From contig LVLI01000576.1 of NCBI GenBank assembly GCA_001687465.1, forward strand, positions 1-57,118: 57,118 bases of DNA, written 5' to 3'. Made by a program: the position numbers and the translations under genes. Positions 47,756-57,118 of the stretch are shown piece after piece. The stretch's first letter is position 1; every line of letters starts with the position of its first letter. The notes beneath the pieces were generated by a model. The model searched no databases. It worked only from the letters and a program-made list of their open reading frames with translations, and was not told where the DNA came from. Source of the stretch: Halocafeteria seosinensis. Taxonomy: Eukaryota.

Positions 47756-50145
47756 CTATGTACTCAGAAACAACCGCCCAATTACTGCTGATACTACCGT
47801 CAGAACTCCCGCAGCCATTCCCCGGAGCAAGAGAGGGCTCGCTCGGAAGCCCAAAATTTGAACAGGAGCCTGCATATCATCCATTTGCACCACATCTCTA
47901 ACAGTTCGAAGTGCCTGCAGCGTAGAGTTTGTTTCTCTGTACACTGTTGAGTCCTCTGGAAATTCACGACGAAGTTCCTCCAACTTGACTAACGCCTTAA
48001 CGAAGATTTCATTCTGAGCCTCCATCTCCGCGTTAGCCAAAGAGCCATGTATTATCATCAGTGTGATGAAACTAAGTATCGTTAGATTCATATAAACTAC
48101 CTCGGCAAATAACAGTACGCTCTGATAGTCACCCATGAATTCATCCTGGCCGACGGAAAGAAACCGTATAAAAAAGATAATATTCATCCCAAGTAAAATG
48201 ACAAGCATGACTGAAACATAGGTTTGTAGTCTTAATGAAAACCGGCGTCCTGTGTGCCTTAAAACAAGCCTCAGTCGGTACCACGCGAAAGCGTTTTCTG
48301 CGATACTAAGGTCCAATACCGGTGGCAATAACGTGTGTTCGGGAAGTGTAACATGCACACTCGGAACCACCAATTCAAGATAGCCACGACGATATCGTGT
48401 TTTAACTTCATCATCGGAGTCACCCTTAATAAACGTAACTTTGGTGTTTCTTGATAGAGCCGTTAATCCTGATGATACTTTGTGCCGCCTATAATAATCG
48501 AGAATGCCTATCTGTCACACGCCATTTTGAAACGTAACGTGATTTGGCAAACACACCACACACAAAGCTACGTACCATTAAGAACGTTAACAAAGAAAAT
48601 TGTAAATGACTGCCAACAATCATGATAAAAATTCTCGGCAATAAGTCCAACGGCGAAGAGCCCAATTCCGAGAGGCGATTGAATGCGTCTGCCACAGCTA
48701 CTGGCGTAACCACACGGAAAATGGTAGTCAGTGCTACCTGGACGATTATGGCATATCCCGCATTGTTGGGCCAGATGTTCTGTAACCAAAGAGCTAGCGT
48801 AATTCGCCTCGCACTTATATCACCGAACCGATGCGAACTCTCTATATCATCCTCTGCGAGGAACATAGATCTCCTACTCTTTCCCGCACATACGGCGGAG
48901 ATCGCGGTCTTCTGGAACGATGAGCCGCTTGCTGTTCCTTCCTGTAGGTCTCCCTCTCGGAAAATCTGCATGTTGGGTAATCTTTAGAGACGTCGATTCC
49001 TTCTCTAATTGATCGACAGACGTACTTGATCAAAGTAGGAGTGAAGGCGATTATCGACTTTGAAAAATGCACGCTTCAGGTCGAAACCCGTTCGCTTTTC
49101 TTCAGAAGATATCTCATCTTCGACGTAGGATTTCTGTGGATTCATCCAGCCAGTGACGAGCATATTTTGTGCATTGATCTCTTGCCCCTCTTCTACTAGC
49201 TTGTACCCCATTTCTTTATACAGTTTATCCGATAGAGTAGCGTACTGTGCAGAACCCGCGAAAATGTAATACCCAAAACCAATGCATCCAATACCGACCA
49301 GTTAGTACCCACTTTAATCCCAATTACCAGTATGCGGAACAAATAGTATAAATCGACCTGCGTGATTGCACATAGTGTGTCCGGAAAAGTCCGGATTCAG
49401 CTACCACAAGTCGCTTACCATTACGACTTCGAACACCGTAGGACCACCTTTCGAGAGTGAACTAAACCCTCCGGCCACTACGATATTTGTAAACAGCAGC
49501 ATCAGCGGAAATAGGTGCGAGTTAATGACATCTTTCGGTGCAGACGAAAGGAACGACATCTGAGCCACAAAACATGCACATGCAAGACCTATACTCACTG
49601 CACTGCCCATCCTATTTACAAATCGTGATCCTTACCGAGTAAAGATAGTGGCTTCCTTCGATCCAAACCAAGAACGGCAAACTAACGGGGTACAGAGCGT
49701 GATATAAAAACGTTCGGATGAAACGCCCAGTGTCAAACGCGATCCCTGCGTCCGTTCTCTCGTACAGTGATTCCCGCGCTTTCACCTCACTAAATCGACG
49801 AGTCTTGGGACTTTCTGTCTCCTCCGTATCTTCATACTCCTCCCAATCCAAGTCGTTCACTGCTGTTGAAATAGAATTCCATGCCCGCGATCGTGTCCGA
49901 TGTAATCCATCTTTGGTGTCGGCCAAGGGACTCGGCGACTGTGAGTTCTCACGACGAGGGACACGAGTCATGGGATTATGAACATTTACTGCCGCGTCTT
50001 CGTTGCCACGCGCCCGTGTCTGTGTTTTCCATCGCTTTGTGCGTTTTCTCCGTAAGGCGGCTTCTTTGGATTCGCCATACTGCGTTTGCCCCCGTCTCGA
50101 TTCTGGTTGGACCTTGAGATTCTTGCCGCCGGTATTTTGATTCAT
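47756..50145 (-). CDS. PHTF-like / 7TM ion-channel superfamily membrane protein, copy 1 (intact)
   Basis: Multi-TM protein with LDLSIAENAFAWYRLRLVLRHTG and a C-terminal DDMQAPVQILGFRASPLLLRGMAAGVLTVVSAVIGRLF, both resembling PHTF as recalled. Confidence 0.6.
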
Positions 50146-50729
50146 GTTAGCCAACCCGAACTCATTCCCAAAGGCCCCGTTGGGTCTGTATAACTAGCGG
50201 AAAGCCCGTGTGAATGCACTTCGCGCTGAGTCTCCAAGGGAACAATAAAGCAAAGTCACCTTTTACTTTCTCCAAAACTTCGAATTACCAAATGAAACAA
50301 TTGTGTGAGAAGTTTTACACGAGCTTCAATACATTAAAAGGGTCTCGTTGTATAGTTTACACGATTAAAGCCTCTTTCCCGTCAAGTTGAAGTACGACCA
50401 CGACCAACGTCCTTGGCGAAGTACCAACTGTGGCTCGTTGCTATTGTGTGGAACGACATTTTGGTAATCGTTTTATTTTTGGCACAACTGTGGTTCTTTC
50501 TGATATTTGAAAGACAGTCGATCGTTCATGGATTCTGGGAATTACAAACATGAACCTGGTGATTTCGCTGCGCATTGGAATTGTAAGAGACGGAGAACAT
50601 TGCTGCCGAAATTCCCTTAGGAAGCGATGCCTCAGGTAGCTAGCTAATGAGTCATGACTTCATCCTATAATGGCTGCTCCCCAAATAAAGTACTCGATGC
50701 ATCCTGGGAATTGTATTCCCGACGCCAGA

Positions 50730-52536
50730 TCATGATCTACTCAGTAGCATCTGTCCTGTTACAGCTGTAACAAGCGTGGCTATACTTGCAGTGACTGCCC
50801 GGAGGAGAACAGGACGGGCTCTAATACCTAGAATCTCCACCGGCAGATGTCATCAGACAATGCAAGCTGACGATGTCGCTAAACTTCATCTTTACGTTTA
50901 CGGGCAGACTTACCGTGAGGAACGTCAGAAGCGACAACTGCAAATGCCCCCCTACTATCATAAGAAACATACGAGATGTCAGATCCCACGGGCTCTCCTC
51001 TAATCTGGTGAGACGCTCAAATGAGTAACTCACGCCAATGGGTACAGCTACCCGGAATGCTACTGTACACAGCGCTTGCAGTGTTATGGAATAAGAGGCG
51101 GCGTTCGGCCACACATTCTGCATCCATAAAGCCAATGCAATTCTCCTCGCGGTAATATCTCCCTGATCTTCACCTTTTTCGACGTCACAGTCATTTCCAA
51201 ACATCGTTCGCTTGCTCTTCCCGGAGCATATTGCTGAAAGAGCACCGTCCTGGAACCGCTGGGATGCTATGCTTTGCGTTTCTAACCCTCCTACCAAAAA
51301 TATCTGTGACAGAAAACGGGAACTCATTGGTAATATTCCACCGAGTTTAATCCTGTGGTTTATTATCTTACTCTTTCTAAATATTGCTGAAGCCGCTCAT
51401 CCACCGTGAAGAAAGAGTTGTCCAAGTCAACGTTTCGTCGCCTTTCTTCGGATATAATTTCATCTGTGACATAGTGTGCTGGTGGATTCAGCCATCCAGT
51501 AATAAGCATATTTTGAGCATTTATCTCTTGCCCCTCTTCCGGCTCACGATGGCCCATGGCTTCGTATAGTCTATCTGACAGCGTCGCATACTGCAGGCTT
51601 ACCAAGAGCCAGTCGTCGCTCGCTTACAGCAGTCGTTCCAACAACACCAGACTAACCTTGATACCTATCACGAGAATTCGAAAGAGGTAATACAAATCCA
51701 CCTGTACATATCCCGTAAGGAGATAGCGATGGGAGCCTGAGAAACTCCAGCCGATGAAAAACTTACGATTACAACCTCGAACACAGTTGGTCCTCCATTG
51801 GAGGGAGATGTTGCTCCAGCTCCGAGGGCGATGTTGGTGAAAATCAGCATCAGCGGGAAAACGTGAGAGTTGATAACGTCCTTAAGAGTGGTCGAGAAGA
51901 ATGACATCTGCAGATCATTACACAACCATAGTTCATGGGGCTTGCCCAAACAATAGCAGCGGCGGGTCTTACCGAACTAAGATAGGGTCTGCCTTCAAAG
52001 AAACCAACGAAGGGCAGACTCACAGGATAGAGCGCGTGATAAAGAAATACTCGAATGAATCGGTACACGTTAAATTGGATGCTTTCATTTCGTCCATCCA
52101 CTTCGGTGTACTGGAGATCGCGTTGCTCTTTGGAGGAAGGCAGCTCATTCACTGCATGCGAGATTGACGTTCGAATTCGTCGACGAGCACGTGGTACCTC
52201 CTCATTTCCCTTCGTGCCGTCGTCCTTGACGACAGCAGATCTGGCACTAAGTTTAGCTCGATTCCTTGGAGCTGTGTTTGCATCTTGTCGATAACTATGC
52301 GGTATCGGGTTATTCACCTGCGTTTTCTCCTTGTTTTCTCTATTACTTCCGGTTGAGGATTCCTTCTCACTTGCACCAGCTCGTTTATCCGTCATTCTCT
52401 TACCCTGATCAACGTCAGTTTGTGACTGAGCATGGGCAATACGGGTTAATTGTATCGAAGACGAAGTTTGCGCTTGCGACATCTTCGGGACCTGCCACTC
52501 TTCCACATGGCTCGATGACCGTTCCAAGGCAACCAT
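50730..52536 (-). pseudogene. PHTF-like tandem paralog, copy 2, with most of the last exon deleted
   Basis: It shares exon structure and sequence with copy 1 (FLYHALYPVSLPF, GGPTVFEVV, YATLSD, EINAQNML, ARRI.LALW.QN.WPN). After TFLT it jumps to PVEILGIRARPVLLRAV...*. Confidence 0.65.
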
Positions 52537-52751
52537 ACGGATATCTCGGATAAAGACAATAAAACTTGTGGACACTCTCAAATCGTGCCTGTATGACCCT
52601 GTATGGTGCATAATGGCGATCAAGTCTCAGGAACTTCACAACGACGAGGTCGCAGGATGGAATCCTCTCAATGAGGCTCTCATATAACCCATCAAATTGA
52701 TGTTTGGGGGCTCCAATTTTTATTCACAGGTATTTCTCAAAGACGTCAAAA

Positions 52752-54145
52752 ATGGCGGACAACTTTTGGACAACGGAGGAGCGGCGTGTCTACGAACACG
52801 TCCGAGACAAGTGCTCGGAGACTTTCAGAGAACCTCAAGGGCAATTAAAGTACAAATATCTTGTTCCTTCGGGGCCGTACAACCAATTATGGGATTGGGA
52901 CAGTGTATTCACTGGCATTGGACTGCTCGAATTCGGGGGCGCTCCGTATTTGGCAGGGAGCATGAAAAACTTCTTCCATAAAGTAAGTTTGTCGTACGTG
53001 TACGTGAATATCATGTGATTGGAGTTCGTGATCACCATGGATTCCCAGACTAACACTGATACTGGAGTTGTGAAAGGCTGTATTACCCCCGACAAAGATT
53101 CTGACACAATCTACCACGCGAAACCCCTTTTGATTCAAGGAGCTTGGATAGCTGCGAAACATATGGGAGATACGGAGCAGTTCTTTGAATTCCGGTAAGT
53201 GGGGGTAGGGACGCGAAGTCAGCGCCAGTTTTCGATTGTATATGGACACCAAAAGGGTTATGCAGAAGTTCCATGCAGGCATTACTTCGCTATTGGAGAA
53301 ATGAACGAAGAGACCACCGCACAGGTCTGTACGTTTGGTATGACCAAATGGAATCCGGGGCAGATGATCTGCCTATTTCGCCAATTCCTTCAAAGCATAG
53401 CGAAGGATGGAATGAGCAAGAACACGGGCTGGCTATCTCATCTACAGACGTGATGGTCTTTCTTATTAGGGAGTTCGAGGCGTTTGCTGCTTTTTGTGCT
53501 TCTTGGAGCAATTCAGGACGAACAGCTAATGATAAGAAGTCGCTGGAAGACGATCGAGCCAATGCTTTACAGTGGGCCTCGGAAGCAAAACAGGCTCTAA
53601 TGGAGGGATTATGGGACGTTGAAGAACGAGAGTTTATTGCCTACAATGTCAAAGAACGAAAGAAAGTGAACAATCGTGTTTTCCTTATGGCTCTCCCTTT
53701 GTTGCTGATTACGAATGAAGACGATGCATGGAATAATTTCTTGAAGAAAAACGTAGAAAACATCTTAAGTCCGCTTACAGGTATTCTTGCGGAAGACATG
53801 TTGTCTCGATTTGGTTTTAGGACAACTTCTTCGCGAGATCCAACGTATAATAATGCGAAAATTATCGTTCCCTACTCAAACTGGCGTGGTCCAGTGTGGG
53901 TGATTGCCAATGTCCTCGTGCTTTATGGCATATCGAATACTGGGCGACTATCCCTATGTCAGCATATTGCCCAGTCCCTAGTCAATACACTGGCAAAAGA
54001 TCTTGAAGTCCGGGGGTCATGGCATGAGTGCTACCATGCAGAGACGGGTGAAGGCCTTGAAGCATCCGGGTTTCTCTCCTGGAATACTCTGTCCGCAAAC
54101 TTGCTGCGTAACCTTCGGAATGGTCACAATTGTCTGCAGTTATGA
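52752..54145 (+). CDS. (alpha/alpha)6 glycoside hydrolase, GH63/MGH1-like (trehalase-related clan), 3 exons
   Basis: Motifs LVPSGPYNQLWDWDS, KPLLIQG, MESGADD, NWRGPVW and WHECYHAETGEG. No signal peptide. Confidence 0.8.
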
Positions 54146-54152
54146 AGCGGCA

Positions 54153-55992
54153 CTAGGAAGCAAGGTTGCCTGTTCTAACCATGTCGCTTGCTTCGATTAT
54201 AGTCCGGTTGGTATTCATTACTCGTACTGGAGGAACTTGTATGTCATCCGCGCCATTTATTACTAGTAGGGGATTCGGCTGTCGCACTGTGTATTCTGAA
54301 AGAGTTGTCCCCTCCAGGAATTGTTGCGCAAGGTTTCGAAGAGTCTCGTTTTCATTTCTCAGTCGATCTCTCTCCGTTTCCACCATTAGGGTCTGTATCA
54401 TGGCGTTATTGTACCTTCGGAAGAATTTATCCAGATATGACACTTCAGGTAATTGCGGGTCGCCGCCGGGACCTTCGTGCTGTCCATCTTCTGTTTCAAG
54501 TATAGCTGCTGACTCTCCAAGATTTTCCCGTATGTTCTTTAAGTCCGTTAAGGTGTCATCCTGTCCTTGCCCTTGATTAGCCGTGTGCTCAGTGTCCATA
54601 CTTTGAGGCAAGACCAATTCTTCATTAGATTCCTGCTCCCGCGCATGTTCGGCCTGCTGCAGTATCCTCTCAGCCAGCCTTAGATTCTCAGCAAGCTGAC
54701 CCTGGGTGCTCTGGAAGCGCTTCGACAAATCGGCGAGTCTTGCCTGCGAGGCGGCATGTCGGGCTTCCATTTTCTCCTTTAGAACTTGAAAGTACTCCCT
54801 CATAGCATCTCGTTCTCCCTGAAGATTGCTGTTCTTCTTTTCTTCGTCTCTCTTTGTGTTCGTCAGCCTGACTCTCCACTTATGTACTTCTTTCTTTAAC
54901 GCTCTGATCTTTTTCTGTTTCATATCAACACCAGCGGCCATCTTTTGACCCCTGGCCATCAAGGCTTTATAGTCTTGTGTTCGCTGGTCAGTATTTGTCA
55001 TATAATTTGCATGAGCAGTCTCAAAGGCACGTTCCAGCTCTTCAATTCGATTATCTAAGACAGATTGCAGATAATGAACTCTTTCCAAATTAGCACTGTT
55101 CACCTCCTCCCTTTCAGACTCGCGTTCCTGTGAGGCAAAACTTAAAGTCCTCTGATAAGCCAGTCCGAATCTGCGGCCACTTACAGATTGTAGATCTCTT
55201 AACTTCTCTTCTTCTTCGGCATGAATCGCCTGGAACAGATGCTTCATTTCGAAAACTACTGCTTCATGACTCGATTTGGATTCCTCCATAGTCTCTTCAT
55301 AATCCTCAACGATAGTGTCAATCCCGTTTATGAACTCTGATTCCAGAGACAGCAGCCGGGTATCCTGGATCGAAATGACGAAGGCGACACTGTCTGCACT
55401 CTGGATCGTAAAAGAGAAGTATATTCTTGGCTAACGTACTTGAATTTCTAGCAACTTGTCCATATCTCTCAAGTACGATCGGACGATCACTAGGTACTGT
55501 TCGTCTGCTTCCTCAATATCTCGTTCAAGCATTTGCAGGATAGCATCTCTTCTATCAACGTCTCGACGATGGGATTGTTCCAAAATGCGACATTCTTTGA
55601 GCAACTCATCAACCTGCAACGAGCAGTGCAATCAAGAATACTCGGGATATGAACATTCTTCTCCATCTTACCTTGGTTGAACGCATGATGTTCCTCCATC
55701 CATTCGTCACTTTGGCGATATTGACTTTAGTCAGCTCAGCTTCTCTAGCTGCCTTTTGCTGTGGAGCAAGGTATAGCAGCTGCTGCTTCTCTAGTGAGAA
55801 TGAACGTTGTTCAACGCTTACCTTGAGTTCCTTGTGCTGCGCCTTCGTGAGCTTCATTCTATACTCAAACTCTGCTTGTTCTTTCTCCTTATCCTGTACG
55901 ACTTGCTGTCGCATTCGCCTCCCAGCTACCACTATCTGCTTGGCAGCACGTCGTTTGGCAGCCCGTGCTGCGGCTTTCCCAGATTGTGGCAT
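54153..55992 (-). CDS. DRC2: Dynein regulatory complex subunit 2 (CCDC65), multi-exon
   Basis: GWRNIMRSTK|VDELLKECRILEQSHRRDVDRRDAILQMLERDIEEADEQY, long coiled coils, FFRRYNNA and NPLLVING. Confidence 0.88.
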
Positions 55993-56416
55993 CGTTCGTG
56001 GCAACGGGGTACAAATAAATGATGAAATTCAGTGCTTCTAGAATCTATCAAATCATTCACATAAAAAGTATTGGGCGCGATTTAGAATACACTTGCCTAT
56101 ATAATACTATCGTTCAGAGGTCGATAGCATGGTGCAAGTTGTTGAAGCTGCTGGAAAACAAATATCGCGCGATTCGCGCCCTAAACGGAAAGTACAGTGT
56201 TCGCTTCAAGGTCGGTGTCTCCAGAGGAAGAAAGAAGGATTCTATAAAACACTATAGGGACAGTTAAAAAAAAAAAAACTTGTTTTAATTTGATCAAACA
56301 TGACGGGACGCTCCAATATAATACAATACAATTGTATCGCCCGTATGCTGCTAAAAGAGGTCGAAACTGGCTATGTTCCACCAATACCCATATCGAAAGC
56401 TTGTTGGTACACTTCA

Positions 56417-57118
56417 TTAGCACCAGTTTTCAAGGGGTTGCATACGCTGTCCGTGCGTTAGGGGTGCACAGCTCTCAGAGCATCTTATATACGACAACGA
56501 TTGGTTTCTGTCCAAGTGGACAATCAAAGATCTCGCCAATCATCTCGGGGACACTGTACAACACTGTTACACTAATGCCGCATTAGCTCGAGCAGTTCCA
56601 ACAGAACTTGGCGTAGAGCATTACCAGTAGCAGGGGGTTCTACTACCACTCCGTCTACTGCTAGAGGTTTCACTGTCGGGAAATTCACATCTGCAACCAT
56701 TTTTCTTGCTCCCAGGTATATCGAAGGAGCAATTGATCCAATAGAAGTCGCTCGCAAATGTGGGAAAATTAGTTTGAATAGACTCGACTCGTCAACGATG
56801 TTTGTGTCTCGGTTTGTTACCATACGGTATGAGGTTGGGTTGAAGTTGCACCTAAGTTCTGGAGGCCTCCAAGACAGAGCTGGGATATTTCGGGGGTCCG
56901 GTATCGGGGGTTTTTTCGGGGGCCCCGCCAGATTCTCTTCCGTACAGCTTGTTTTTTCGGGGCTATATGGTGAAATTTCGGGGGCACAGTTGTCAGTGAA
57001 CCAATGATGGAACATGAGCCGATTTAGGCACAGAAATAACGTGTAATTCGAGTGGTGCAACAACGTACTCTCTACTGAACTATTCACTATCTTTTAAATC
57101 TACGGTTACATCCAGGCT
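56417..57118 (-). CDS. 3' part of a hypothetical multi-exon gene running off the window
   Basis: ORF 56572-57087 plus plausible GT-AG introns giving ...PAT|VLYSVPEMIGEIFDCPLGQKPIVV|RMQPLENWC*. Confidence 0.4.

Overview
This is a gene-dense eukaryotic nuclear window in the standard genetic code, with mostly 45-90 nt GT-AG introns. It comes from a flagellated protist (DRC2/CCDC65 is present); a stramenopile-like origin is only an inference. About 20 genes were reconstructed by manual splicing. Recognisable products are a sulfotransferase, an FHA-RING E3 ligase, kynurenine aminotransferase, MYG1, a DEK-N/2xHMG-box fusion, UBTD, ISD11/LYRM4, a GDP-mannose transporter, glucosidase II alpha, a ferric reductase, an RGS protein, an anticodon-binding-like/RanBP2-finger protein, proteasome beta-2, a tandem pair of PHTF/7TM-ion-channel-like genes (one internally deleted), a GH63-like hydrolase and DRC2. 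Several orphan genes are also present. Repeat/TE material lies at ~2.0-5.6 kb (a fold-back element with a dead chromodomain) and ~36.9-39.2 kb (an internally deleted Mutator-like element). The most notable signals are the PHTF/7TMIC-like tandem pair, the DEK-HMG fusion, and a pattern in which the long introns examined fold into nested stems that close near the splice sites. Split RING and RGS domains and several decayed gene relics are also seen. Exon boundaries and family calls are by eye and memory, not by database search.
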